Shown here: positions 37,800 to 50,917 of the stretch, one piece after another
Position numbering within the stretch: position 1 is the first letter of the stretch
Layout of the letters: the number at the start of each line of letters is the position of its first letter
Source: Chiloscyllium plagiosum
Lineage: Eukaryota
Reading direction: 5' to 3'
Assembly (NCBI RefSeq): GCF_004010195.1
Contig: NC_057718.1
Span: 82,214,458-82,278,457, forward strand
Length of the DNA: 64,000 nucleotides
Notes under the pieces: generated by a model
What the model saw: the letters and a program-made list of their open reading frames with translations, nothing else
What the model was told of the DNA's origin: nothing
Databases searched by the model: none
Position numbers and translations under genes: made by a program

Positions 37800-38300
37800 G
37801 GTAGGAGCGGAAATAGGCCATTCAGCTTATTAACTCTGCTCTGCCATTCATTGAGATCATAGCTGATCCCATAATCTTCAACTCCACTTTCCTGTCTTTT
37901 CCCTATAATCCTTGATTGCTTTACCGATGAAAAATCTGTCTACCTCAGCCTTGGATATACTTAATGATGCAGCCTCAACACACCTCTATGGTAAATAATT
38001 ACACTGATTCATTACCCTCTAAGAGAAGAAATCTGTTTTCATCGGTCTTAAATGTGCCATTCCCTGGTCCTAGACTCTCCCACAGAGGGTGCTTCATGTA
38101 TGGAATGAACTGTCAGAGGAAGTGGCAGATGCAGGTACAGTTACAACATTTAAAAGACATTTGGACAGATACATGAATAGGAAAATGTTTAGAGGGATAT
38201 GGGACAAATACAGGCAAGTGGGACTAGATTAGTTTGGGAAACTTGGTCCACGTGGATCAGTTGGACCGAGAGTTTGTTTCTGTGACGTATAACTCCATAA
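37800..38300. mobile_element. Two CR1 3' fragments in opposite orientation
   Basis: Minus-strand tail 37800-38080; plus-strand tail 38081-38300. Confidence 0.7.
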
Positions 38301-38793
38301 TTCTGCCAGAGTCCAGCCTATCAAGCACCTGCTACCATCAATTCCAAATTCTCCTTAACAAGGTCTTAGTGCCCACCTACATATGTTAATCAATAATACA
38401 ACAAACACTGGTAACGAGGTGGTTTCCAATCTCTCCAAAACATTACCTGTGTTGACTTCCCTACTTTTTAACCAGAAATCTAGTCTTAGAAACTGGTCAT
38501 TTACGTGAGAGAACCTGCTAATTTCTCTTTGTGCTTTAATTTTAATGGGAAAATCTGATCTGCTTTGCATTGTTTCTCTTAAAGCTGCAATTTTCAAGAG
38601 AATTAATTTACAATGTTAAGCAAGAATCCCCATACTGGAAAGAAGTACCAGACTTCTCGTTCTAATGTGTTACTTAAATTCACAGTTTCAGGAAGGGAGG
38701 GCATTTTCTTTTGTGGACAAAGATCAGATTTGTAACATAGGCAATTAGCCAAAACTATGTCATTTTAAAATGTCATCTATATTTCATGTGCAG

Positions 38794-39101
38794 GAATTCG
38801 CCCTTATAAATGCAGCCTTTGCCATAAAGCCTTTACACAGAGATGCTCCTTGGAATCACACCTCAAAAAGATCCACGGAGTGACACAGAAATACAGCTAC
38901 AAGGAGAGGAGGGCAAAGCTCTATGTGTGTGAAGAATGTGGGTTCACAGCCATCAACCAAGAGGACCTTTATCTTCATATGAAGCAAAATCACCCAGAAA
39001 ACCCACTACTTAAAAAGACTTCAAAGAAGATAGCTGCAGCTCTGCAGAACAAACTCAACTCTGTGCTGCACAACAGTGACGAAAATAAGGATTCTGAATA
39101 G
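38794..39101 (+). CDS. OVOL2: OVOL2 coding exon 4 (zinc fingers 3-4, stop)
   Basis: Acceptor GTGCAG ending 38793. G+GA=Gly, then IRPYKCSLCHKAFTQRCSLESHLKKIHG...LYVCEECGFTAINQEDLYLHMKQNH...DSE*. The four exons total 798 nt = 265 aa plus stop. Confidence 0.96.
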
Positions 39102-39860
39102 GAGCAAAAGAAGAGGCAGTGGTGTCGATGGTGAAGTTTTGATACTTGCACTGCTGGATAAACAAAACATATGGTTAGTGTGACTGACATAGTTAAACAC
39201 AGTGGGAAGATTACCTTAAATCGCTGGTGCAAATGAACTGTTTTTTAAAAATAGTTTGCTGGATATAGCATAGTAAACATTTACACTTTTGATACTGATC
39301 CAGTATCCTAAAGGGCTACACTTTTAATAAAAAAATCCTTGAGACTTGGGTATTGCTATCAATTCCAGAATATAAGGTGGCGTAGGGCTGCCTTCTTGAA
39401 TTGTTATTAATTTGCATACAATCTAGCACAACTTACTAGGCCATTTTAGTTTGCGATTAACCAAAGTCTGAGTTTGAATGGTGCTTTGGGCTTTCAACAC
39501 TTCTTCTCTGTAGGTTTTGTTCTTTGAAGATATATTTTGTTTACCATTTTTCTTTTTTTTTAAAATTTGTTGGTTCAAGGGTATATTTTTTTCCACAGCG
39601 GGATATACTTTATTCATTTGTTGCCTTTTGAATTTGATACATAATTCTATATCAAGGGAAATATTGTGAATTTCCAAAATTGAGTACAGATCTCTTAATT
39701 TGATATGGACAATTATTGATACAGATAATTTAATGCATAACATTCCAAAAGGTGTCCTGTATAAACTTCTTAAAAAGACTTTATATTACAAAGAGGAATT
39801 GAAATTTATGGTATGCTGTTTTCTACTGGTCTGTTAATTAAAAAAAAAATCAACATTTTT
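39102..39860 (+). other. OVOL2: OVOL2 3' UTR (AT-rich; candidate poly(A) signals AATAAA 39326-39331 and ATTAAA 39837-39842)
   Basis: TE-free AT/T-rich sequence after the stop codon with hexamers visible. The true 3' end is unknown. Confidence 0.6.
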
Positions 39861-40554
39861 TACAAGCGTCTTAACTAGACTTCAAAAGTTGCTTCATTTC
39901 CTGAAACAAAATTAGATTGTTTTTGAAGATCATCCTGTTTAAAATTGCATAACTCACATTAGTCTATCATTCAAGCAGGGAATAATCCAGAGTATGCTAA
40001 GAATTACATGAACATACAGTTTAAAATGATCAGACAGGCTCACAATGTGGTTCACTTTTCTTGCTGGGAGCTACACATGTAGGCAGGAACCAGTCCTCTG
40101 CAAGCAGACAGAACATGTCCAGGCATTGAACCTTTAGTAGAATTAAACTAAAGCACGGAGGATAATAGTTACCTGGTGCATTCTCCATAGCAACACCTTA
40201 ACCAATGAGAATCAACTTACTAACCAATTTGCTTTATTTCATGCACTATAAATTGCTGTTCTTTTTAAAATTTGGCATTCTTGTACTGGTCCTGATGAGC
40301 GCAAGATATAAAGCTTTGACATCATGATTTTAAAAAAATAATACTAAAGATCTAGTAAACTTGGATTTACAATGTGCCACACAAAAGGTTGATATGCATA
40401 ATATTGTGTTGGCAGTGATTTAGCAGGCACTGAGAATTTCTTAGAGGAGGCAGAAATTAAGAATAAACCAGGCATTTTCAAATTGGCATATTATTAGAAT
40501 CAGCTAATGACAATCTGTATTCATGCTTAGAAGAAGAGACCAAGACCTAATGTA

Positions 40555-40726
40555 CAGAGAAACCTCGATTATCTGAAGGACACGGGCAGGGAGTATTTTG
40601 TTCGGTTAATTGACTGCTGGATAATCGATGCCGGATAACATAATTAACCACAATCGGGATCTTGCGATGTTGTTCGGATCATCCAAAATTCGGTTAATCA
40701 AATGCCGAATTATCAAGATTCCTCTG
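40555..40726. mobile_element. Tc1/mariner-pogo (Tigger-like) MITE, 172 bp
   Basis: TA on both flanks. Imperfect TIRs: CAGAGAAACCTCGATTAT versus CAGAGGAATCTTGATAAT (reverse complement of the right end). Confidence 0.85.
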
Positions 40727-42126
40727 TATCTAGGTTAGTTGGTGCAAAGTTAGGTGGGGATGTAGACTGTGTAGACAGAAAAAAGCTATGAAGAGATATA
40801 GTCAGATTAAATGAGTGGGCACCAAAGTGGTAGATAGAATATAATGAGGTTATATATATCTTAAGAAAAGCAAAATATTTTTTACAAAGTGTTAAACTTC
40901 TAAATGTTGTTGATCAGAAGCACTGGGCTGTACTTGTATAAGTAATACAGAAAGTTGTTTTCTGGATTGACAGGGTTGCCTTTTGATGAAAGGCTTAGTA
41001 AATTGGGTCTATATTTATCTGTAATTGTTAAATCGCTTTACGGGATGTAGACATTACTGCTAGGTCAACATTTATTGTCCATCCCTAACTGCCCACAGAC
41101 CGGTGAAGAACCAACTACATATGTGGGTCTGGAGTCACATGAAAGCCAGAGCAGGTAAGAATGGCAGATTTCCTTCCCTAAAGGGCATTAGTGAACCAGA
41201 TGGGTTTTTGCACCAATTAAGTGGTTTTGTGATCACCATTAGGCCAGTCCCTTTTTTTTTAATTCCAAATTTTTGTTGAATTGGTGGGATTTGTGCCTAT
41301 GCCCTTTAGAATATTAGCAGAAGGTTTGGATTAGTCGACCAGTGACATTGCCACTAAGCCAAAGCCTCACCACAAACTTAGAAAAAATGCAACATTATGG
41401 ATTCTGAAGGGACTTGACAGGATAGATGCTGAGAGGTAGCTTTTCTTACCTGGGGAGTCCAAAATAAAGGATTGATCACTTCGGATTGAGAAGAAATGTA
41501 TTTATTGAGGGGGACTTATAAATGTTGGAAGTCTATACCTTAAAGAGATATGGATGTTTCATGATTAAGAATAGTTAATTGGGGGATAAATATTTGATCT
41601 TTCAGGAAATTAAAGGACATAGGGAGTAGTTGATCACGTTAATTTTTGGTAGCCACATTTTGGTTTTACAGTCACCTATTTAGTTCTCACTATCTCTTTT
41701 ATTAGATGAAGCAGTAACATAACAACACTATCTTTTTGTATTGATAAGTTACCTTATTTAGATAGATAATACAGCATAACTACTGAAGATTTTATACAAT
41801 GAGACCCGAGAGACATTATCGGGATACAATTAGTCACATCCATCCTGCCATTAGAGTACTTCACCATGATTCCAATTCTGCCTCTTGCTGCAGCCAAATT
41901 TCCAAGTTTAATAATTTAATTCCACAAACTTTAGCTTTAGCTGACTCTCTCTTATGAGAGACTTCATCAGATACCTTCTGAAAGTTTATGTAAATAACAT
42001 CCATAGACTTTCTCCTGGCTACTACTTTAGACACTTCAAAATAATTGAGGATGGACAGATATTATTTATAATTTACAAATCCTCCCTGATGAGTTGAAAA
42101 AAATTCACAATATTCAGTCACTTATT

Positions 42127-45100
42127 TAGGAAAGGTTGGTAAGGACAAGCCAGGGAACTATAGATCGGTGAGCCAGACCTCAGTGATGGGCAAGGTGTTG
42201 GAGGGAATCCTGAGGGACAGGATGTACATGTATTTGGAAAGGCAAGGACTGATTAGGGATAGTCAACATGGCTTTGTGCATGGGAAATCATGTCTCACAA
42301 ACTTGATTGAGTTTTTTGAGGAAGTAACAAAGAGGATTAATGAGGGCAGAGTGGTGGACGTGATCTATATCGACATCAGTAAGACGTTCAACAAGGTTAC
42401 CCATGGGAGACTGATTAGCAAGGTTAGATCTCATGGAATAAAGAGAAAACTAGCCAATTGGATACAGAACTGGCTCGAAGCGAGAAGACAGAAGGTGGTG
42501 GTGGAGGGTTGTTTTTCAGGCTGGAGGCCTGTGACCAGTGGAGTGGCAAAAGGATCATTGCTGGGTCTACTATTTAGAATCATAGAGTCATAGAGATGTA
42601 CAGCATGGAAACAGACCCTTCGGTCCAACCTGACCATGCCGACCAAATATCCCAACCCAATCTAGTCCCATCTGCCAGCACCCGGCCCATAACCCTCCAA
42701 ACCCTTCCTATTCAGAGACCCATCCAAATGCCTCTTAAATGTTGCAATTATATCAGCCTCCACTACATCCTATGCCTGCTCATTCCATACACGTACCACC
42801 CTCTGCGTGAAAAAGTTGCCCCTTAGGGGAAAGATATAAAAGAGACCTCTCACCCTAAACCTATGCCCTCTAGTTCTGGACACCCGCACCAGGGAAAAGA
42901 CTTTGTCTATTTATCCTATCCATGCCCCTCATAATTTTGTAAACCTCTATAATGTCACCCCTCAGCCGCCTCCGCTCCAGGGAAAACAGGCCCAGCCTGT
43001 TCAGCCTCTCCCTATAGCTCAAATCCTCCAACCCTGACAACATCCTTGCAAATCTTTTCTGAACCCTTTCAAGTTTCACAACATCTTTCCGATAGGAAGG
43101 AGACCAGAATTGCACACAATATTCCAACAGTGGCCTAACCAATGTCCTGTAGAGCCGCAACATGACCTCCCAACACCTGTACTCAATACACTACCAATAA
43201 AGGAAAGCATACCAAACGCCGTCTTCACTATCCTATCTACCTGCGACTCCACTTTCAAGGAGCTATGAACCTGCTCTCCAAGGTCTCTTTGTTCAGCAAC
43301 ACTCCCTTGGACCTTACCAAGACAGCAAAGAGGGTTACCTCAGATTACAACAGGATCTGGACCAGATGGGCCAATGGGCTGAGAAGTGGCAGATGGAGTT
43401 TTCCACAGTAAATACTGATGCAAAATATTCATTTAGTATCTCCCCCATTTTCTGTGGCTGCACACAAAGGCCGCCTTGCTGATCTTTGAGGGGCCCTATT
43501 CTCTCCCTAGTTACCCTTTGGTCCTTAATATATTTGTAAAAACCCTTTGGATTCTCCTTAATTCTATTTGCCAAAGCTATCTCATGTCCCCTTTTTTCCC
43601 TCCTGATTTCCCTCTTAAGTATACTTCCTTTAAACTCTTCTAAGCATTCTCTCGGTCTATCCTGTCTATACCTTACACATGCTTCCTTCTTTTTCTTAAC
43701 CAAACCCTCAATTTCTTTAGTCATCCAGGATTCACTATACCTACCAGCCTTTCCTTTCACCCTGACAGGAATATACTTTCTCTGGATTCTTGTTATCTCA
43801 TTTCTGAAGGCTTCCCATTTTCCAGCCGTCCCTTTACCTGCAAACATCTGCCTCCAATCAGCTTTCGAAAGTTTTAGATTAGATTACTTAGTGTGGAAAC
43901 AGGCCCTTTGGCCCAACAAGTCCACACCGACCCGCCGAAGCGCACCCACCCATACCCATTCCTCTACGTTTACCCCAGAATCTAACACTATGGGCAATTT
44001 AGCGTGGCCAATCCACCTAACTTGCACATTTTTGGACTGTGGGAGGAAACCGGAGCACCTGGAGGAAACCCACGCAGACACGGGGAGAATGTGCAAACTC
44101 CACACAGTCAGTCGCCTGAGGCGGGAATTGAACCCGCGTCTCTGGCGCTGTGAGGCAGCAGTGCTAACTTGCCCAATACTGTCAAAATTGGCCTTTTTCC
44201 AATTTAGAACTTCATATTTTCGATCTGGTCTATCCTTTTCTATCACTATTTTAAAACAAATAGAATTATGGTCACTGGCCTCAAAGAGCTCTCCCACTGA
44301 CACCTCAGTCAACTGCCCTGCCTTATTTCCCAAGAGTAGGTCAAGTTTTGCACCTTCTCTGGAAGGTATATCCACATACTGAATCAGAAAATTGTCTTGT
44401 ACGCACTTAAGAAATTCCTCTCCATCTAAACCTTTAACACTGTGGCAGTCCCAGTCGAAGTTTGGAAAGTTAAAATTTTTCGTCATTGATATAAATGATT
44501 TGGATATGAACATAGGACGGTTTGCAGAAGACGCCAAAATTGAAGGTGTAGTGGGTAGCAAAGAAGGTTACCTCCGATTACAACAGGATCTTGACCAGAT
44601 GGGTCAATGGGCTAAGAAGTGGCAGATGGAGTTTAATTCAGATAAATGTGAGGTGCTGCATTTTGGGAAAGCAAATCTTAGCAGGACTTCTACACTTAAT
44701 GGTAAGGTCCTAGGGAGTGTTGCTGAACAAAGAGACCTTGGAGTGCAGGTTCATAGCTCCTTGAAAGTGGAGTCGTAGGTAGATAGGATAGTGAAGAAGT
44801 CGTTTGGTATGCTTTCCTTTATTGGTCAGAGTATTGAGTACAGGAGTTGGGAGGTCACGTTGCAGCTGTACAGGACATTGGTTAGGCCACTGTTGGAATA
44901 TTGCGTGCAATTCTGGTCTCCTACCTATCAAAAAGATGTTGTGAAACTTGAAAGGGTTCAGAAAAGATTTACAAGGATGTTGCCAGGGTTGGTGGATTTG
45001 AGCTAAAGGGAGAGGTTGAATAGGCTGGGGCTGTTTTCCCTCGAGCATCAAAGGCTGAGGGGTGACCTCATAGAGGTTTACAAAATCATGAGGGGCATAG

Positions 45101-45425
45101 ATAGGATAAATAAACAAAGTCTTTCTTTTCCATGGGTGGGGGAGTCCAGAACTAGAGGGCATAGGTTCAGGGTGAGAGGGGAAAGATATAAAAGGGACCT
45201 AAGGGACAACCTTTTCATGCAGAGGGTAGTGTACGTATGGAATGAGCTGCCAGAGAAAGTGGTGAAGCTGGAACAATTGCAACATTTAAAAGGCTTCTGG
45301 ATGAGTCTATGAATAGGAAGGGTTCAGATGGGCCAAGTGTTGGCAAATGGGATTAGATTAGGTTAGGATATCTGGTTGGCATAGACGAGTTGGACTGAAG
45401 GGTCTGTTTCCATGATGTATCTCTC
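42127..45425. mobile_element. Rearranged CR1 cluster (+,-,+,-,+) with a nested SINE
   Basis: + RT 42127-42572, - 3' end 42576-43320, + 43321-43400, - APE/linker 43400-44475, + RT to 3' end 44478-45425. Confidence 0.88.
43875..44168 (-). mobile_element. HE1-type SINE nested in CR1
   Basis: Typical SINE body interrupting CR1 sequence GAAAGTT|TTGCCCAATAC. Confidence 0.9.
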
Positions 45426-46709
45426 TGAGCCAAAATTTAAAGAATGCAAAATGTTGAATAGGAATTCAGCTATTCAGAATTTAATTATCCCATACTAGTT
45501 TGCTGCCCCAATACTTTGAAAATGTAGGCTATCTTTAAAGTTCTCGAAATGGACATTGTACATTATAATATGAAGATTAATGTTACTGATCAAAGTATTC
45601 TACTGCTGCTGTTGTTGTACTGTTCTATTTTATTCACCCAAGATTTCCATTTTGCTCCAGGAGGTAAAGTTAGAGATCCCTAAGGGAAAAAGGAATGGCT
45701 TTATGAAAACAAAGACCAGAAAACCAAGTTAAAAACGAGCATCACCAACATCAACATTAGGGTCTACACGGCACAGCTGCAAGAAAAATTGGAAGAGCCA
45801 GAAATAAATTTAGTCTGGGCCTACAGAATCAAGAAAGCCTCAAGCTATTTAGATTGAAAATGGGCAAATTTAAAGAAATATAGTGAAAAAAGTCTAGCAG
45901 AAGAAGAAATCAGGAAAAAAAATGAAGATTTAAAAGGATCAGAACTCTAATTAAACCATGATTTTATAAACGTGGCAGCCACAGAACTTTATTTAAACAT
46001 TCCTGTATAGGAAATTGCTTGATGTCTGGAAGGACAGGAAAACATTTATTTTTCCAGGAAGATATGGGAAACTCCATCTTGGCTGCTGAAGGAAGGATCA
46101 TCCTAGAATGAATGTGTAACCACCATTTTGTTTGTTAAAAATGGTCTGAAAACTCAAAGCAGGGAAATTCAGCAAGCAGTGCAAAGATGCAATAATGCAT
46201 AGAAACAAATTAAGAAGCTTGGATATAGTAAGTCTAAGAAGCTCCAGTTGTTCAGTTTAAAACTATTGGTGATTGCAGTAACATGAGATTAACATCTTAT
46301 TTAAATCAATATTAAAATTATTCAGATTTAAGATATCTGTGCAGTAATAAGATTTATTAGTACTATTTATTAGTACAAATATCAGGTTAAAGGTCTGAGA
46401 AGGATCAGGCAGGACACAAATTGTTCTTCACGGAGGTGACAGTTCTCGAGATACATTAGCTCAAAATTAAATCTGAAGACTGAAGCTGAGCAAGTGAATA
46501 TACATCATATCAAAAGAACTAGATAGTAGATCATGTTATTAAGAGACAAAGCATCAAATAGATTACGAACACTTTGGAAGATATCTGAAAACCTTTTGAT
46601 AATTCATCACCTTAAGGACAAAGAGCAAAATTTTGCAGTTCAGTTTTCAGGAGATGCATAGAAAATTGCATTTCAAATCTCCACAGATTACTGCAAAACT
46701 GATTATATG

Positions 46710-49700
46710 AACAAGAAACAAGAGTAGGTCACTTGGCCCTTTAAGCTTATTCTGCTATTCAATAATAGCACGTCTGATCAGATTTTCACCTCAACTCTAC
46801 ATTCCTGCATATTCATAATAATCTTTCATTCCCAAATCAAGAATCTATTTCTGCCTTAAAAATATTTAAAGATTCTGCATCCACAGCCTTTAGAGAAAGG
46901 GAATTCCAAAGACTCACAATGCTCAGAGGAAAACGTTTCCTCATTCCGGTTTTAAATAGGAAATCCCTTAAATTTAAACTGTGATCTCTAGTTCTCGAAT
47001 CTCCCACAAAACAAAACCTGCTTTCAACATCCACCTGGTCAAGTCCGCTCAGGATTTTGTATCTTGTGACTCAACTAAGTTGCCTTTGACTATTCCAACC
47101 TCCAGAGGATGCAGGCCTAACCTTTCCTCATAAGGCATTTTGCAAACTCCAAATTTTAGTCTTGCGTGAACTGCTTCTAATGTATGAACATCGTTCCATA
47201 AGTATGCTGACCAATACTGTACACAGAACTCCAGATGCAGTCTCAACAATGCTCTGTAAAACTGAACCTTAATTTCTATAGTATTGCATTCCATGCCGCT
47301 TAAATAAATCATAACATTCTAGTAGCTTTCCTGATAACTTGCTGTACCTGCATACCAACCTTCTGTGATTTGTTTACTAGAACACCCGAATCTCTCTACA
47401 TCTCTTAAGCTCTCACTATTTATATAGAGTCATAGAGATGTATAGTATGGAAACAGACTCTTCAGTCAAACTTGTCCATGCTGACCAGATATCTTAGATA
47501 AATCTAATCCTACTTGTCAGCATTTGGCCCACATCTCTCCAAACCCTTCCTATTCATATACCCATCCAGATGGTCTTTTAAATGTTGTAATTGTACTAGC
47601 CTCCCCACCACTTCCTCTGGCAGTTCATTCCATACACATACCACCCTCTGCCCCTTAGATCCCTTTTAAATATTTCCACTCTCACCTTAAACCTATGCTC
47701 TCTAGTTCTGGACTCCCACTTCTGGACCTTGTCTATTCACCCTATCTATGCCCCTCATGATTTTATAAACCTCTATAAGGTCACCCCTCAGCCTCCAATG
47801 CTCCAGGGAAAACAGCCTCAGCCTATTCAGATCTCCCTATAGCTCACATCCCCAACCCCGGCAACATCCTTGTAAACCTTTTCAAAACCCTGTCAAGTTT
47901 CACAACATCCTTCCTATAGGAAGGAGACCAGAATTGCATGCAATATTCCAAAAGTGGCCTCACCATTGTCCTGTACAGCTGCAACATGATCTCCCAAATC
48001 CAATGATCAGACCAATAAAGGCAAGCATACTAAATGCCTTCTCCACTATCTTATCTACCTGCAACTCAATTTCAAGGAACTATGAATCTGCACTTCAAGG
48101 TTGCTTTGTTCAGCAACACTCCCCAGGACCTTACCATTAAGTGTATCAGTCTTGCCCTGATTTGCTTTTCCAAAATGCAGCATCTCATTTACTGAAATTA
48201 AATTCCATCTGCCACTCCTTAGCTTATTTGATCAAGATCATGTTGTGCTTGGAGGTAATCTTATTCACTGTCCACTATACCTCCAATTTTGGTGTCATCT
48301 GTAAACTTACTAACCATACCTCCTATGTTTCACATCCAAATAATTTATATAGTATTTTTTTTAATTCTTTCTGCCAAAGTGAACAATTTCATATTTTGCC
48401 ACATTTGCCAGATCTCTGCCCAGTCATTTAACCTCATTTCTTTGTAGGTTCCTTATGTCCCCTTCACAACTCAGTTTCCTACTTATCTTTGTGCCATCAG
48501 TAAAATTAGCTATCATACCTCTGATTCCTTCATCCAAATGATTTACATAAACTATAAAGATTGGAAGCCCAGAACTGACCCCTGTGGCACACCACTCATG
48601 ACATCCTGCCAGCCTGAAAAAGACCCATTTATTTCTGCTCTCTGCTTCCTGTTAACAAGTCAATCTTCTAACCATGCCAATAAATTACTCCCTACACGAT
48701 GAGCTTTTATTTTCCACAATAACCTTTGATGTGGCAACTTATCAAATGCCTCTGGAAATCTAAACATATCCACTGGTTTCCCTTTATTCACAGCAGAAGT
48801 TACTTCTTCAAAAGATTTCCAATATGTTAGGTAAACATGATTTCCCTTTGACAAAACCATATTGGCTCTGCCAGATTGTTTTGACTTTATCCAGATGCCA
48901 TGTCATATTGTTTATAATAATGATTTGGAGATGCCGGTGTTGGACCGGGGTGTATAAAGTTAAAAATCACAACACCAGGTTATAGTCCAACAGGTTTAAT
49001 TGAAAGCTAGTGTGCTTCCAATTAAACCTGTTGGACTATAACCTGGTGTAATGTGATTTTTAACTTTGTTTTTAATAATCGCTTCTAACATTTTCCCTAT
49101 GACAATATTAAGCTAATTTGCTTACAGTTATTTGCTTTCTGCCTCCTTCCCTCTTTAGGATACAGGAGTTAGATTAGCTATTTTCCAATTTAAAAGAAAC
49201 TTTCCCTGAATCTAATGGGCTTTGGAAAATTAAAAACAATGCATCAACTATTTCATTAGCTACTTCTTTTATGACAGTAGAATGAAATCCATTATGATCT
49301 GGGATCTTGTCAACTCACAGTTCCAACAATTTGCATCAGTACTTACATCCTGGGTAACTGTAATTTTCTTGAGTTCCTTCCTCCTTTTCAATTCCTGAGT
49401 TACCACTTCTGGAGTGCTACGTACGTCTTCTCTAGTGAAGACATATGTAAAATATCCATTCAATTCTTCTGCCATCTCTTTATCCTCCATTACTAATTCC
49501 CCATTTTCTTTAGGACCAACACTTTGTTATCCTTTTCTTTTTTAAATGTCTGAAGAAACTTTTTCTAACTATTTTTACATTCTTGTATAACTCTCTCTCG
49601 TACTCTATTTTTTCCCTTCTTATTAAAGTTGTTTTTTTTAATATATATTTTTTCCAATCTCTGACTTGCCACCTACTTTTGCAAAATTTTATATCTTTTC

Positions 49701-49720
49701 TTTGAGTTTAATACCACTAC
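46710..49720 (-). mobile_element. Old CR1 LINE containing a younger CR1 (47424-48350) and a hairpin element
   Basis: EAFDKLPHQRLL, EMAEELNGYF, FYRALLRLHLEFCVQYW; second CR1 tail at 47424. Confidence 0.85.
48922..49070. repeat. Foldback insertion, probably a Penelope-type terminal repeat
   Basis: About 47-bp near-perfect inverted arms (48956-49002 / 49019-49067); TAATAAT on both flanks. Confidence 0.8.
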
Positions 49721-50288
49721 TAATATGGAGCTTTGAAATCAGGAATCGTAAGAGACAGGCTTTTTTATTGGAATTCTTGATGAAACTTTATCAGATTTCT
49801 TACAGCCCAAGGATGATTTAATTTTGAAGAAAGTTACTGGAAGAAGAATCCAGAAAGATTCTGATAGGAAAAAAAATACAATCTCTACAGGGCAACAGTG
49901 TCTATTAACTTATGGAGACTGTAAAAAGGCATGTGACAAGACTATACAGAGTACTAGCCAAACACCTGATGCTAGAAATCAGCATCAGCATTGCAGGGAA
50001 ACAAAGGCTCTCAAACATAATAATGTCCAGTTATCATGAAGAAATGCTACATTTGCAAAACTGTAGATCACCTGTCAAAGGTGTACCAAAGTAAGCCATG
50101 GTTTCCGAACACCAGAAGTACTGGTTATCACAAATGTAATGAAATAGAATTGAATATCTACCATCATTAGAAAAAATACATGCATTTGATAATATACCAC
50201 CACTGCAGAAGATACCCGAGACATTCCTCGGGTAACTAACTAAACCAGTTGAGTCAGAAAACACAGTTCTTGCCTACAACAATAGACA

Positions 50289-50402
50289 CGAAGCCGAAAA
50301 TGTGTTGCTGGAAAAGCGCAGCAGGCCAGGCAGCATCCAAGGAACAGGAGAATCGACGTTTCGGGCATAAGCCCTTCTTCAGGAATGCAGTCCTCACTTT
50401 CT
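50289..50402 (-). mobile_element. 114-bp Penelope-derived mini-element with 16-bp TSD
   Basis: CCTACAACAATAGACA at 50273-50288 and 50403-50418. The body is homologous to the pLTR at 22420-22507. Confidence 0.9.
50351..50386 (-). ncRNA. Minimal hammerhead ribozyme motif (PLE type)
   Basis: Minus strand AUUC-CUGAAGA-A-GGGC-UUAU-GCCC-GAAAC-GUC-GAUU: CUGANGA and GAAA cores, stem II, palindromic ACGU, GUC site. Confidence 0.72.
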
Positions 50403-50917
50403 CCTACAACAATAGACATCCCATTGATTTTGTACTTGATATAGGAACAAGTGTTGTATGGCTGAATAGCCCACACCATAAGAAGCATAGGAATGCAACA
50501 AGTTACATTATAATGCAAAGCACACAAGAGAATTGAGGATGTTTGCAATCAAGCATTTCCACTTTTGAGCCAGATGCATATGTCGGAAGATTTGTTGGAA
50601 GACATCTTTGTCGGAAGACCTGAAGGAGATCAACATCCTCCCACAGAACAACTAGCCCATAAGCAAACAGCTATCCAGACACTGCACAAACTGGTACTGA
50701 CCAATTTGTTAAGAGGAAAGTGGAGAAGACATTGAAACAGTGACAGAAAGAATGCTGTCAACAGCCTTTCAGTAACATGACAGAGAACCTCAAAATGTTG
50801 ACTTTACCAGTCAATCACAAAAGATGATTGAAGATGTCCAGCCTAACCAAAGGAGATAAACCGAAATGATCCATTAGAGTCAGACCCACATCTATCAATC
50901 CAGGACACTGCCAAGAA

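Noticed and set aside
39102..39860. miR-200 family seed sites in the 3' UTR
   Set aside because: I saw only CAGTATCC at 39301, which does not match the AGTATT or CAGTGTT seeds.
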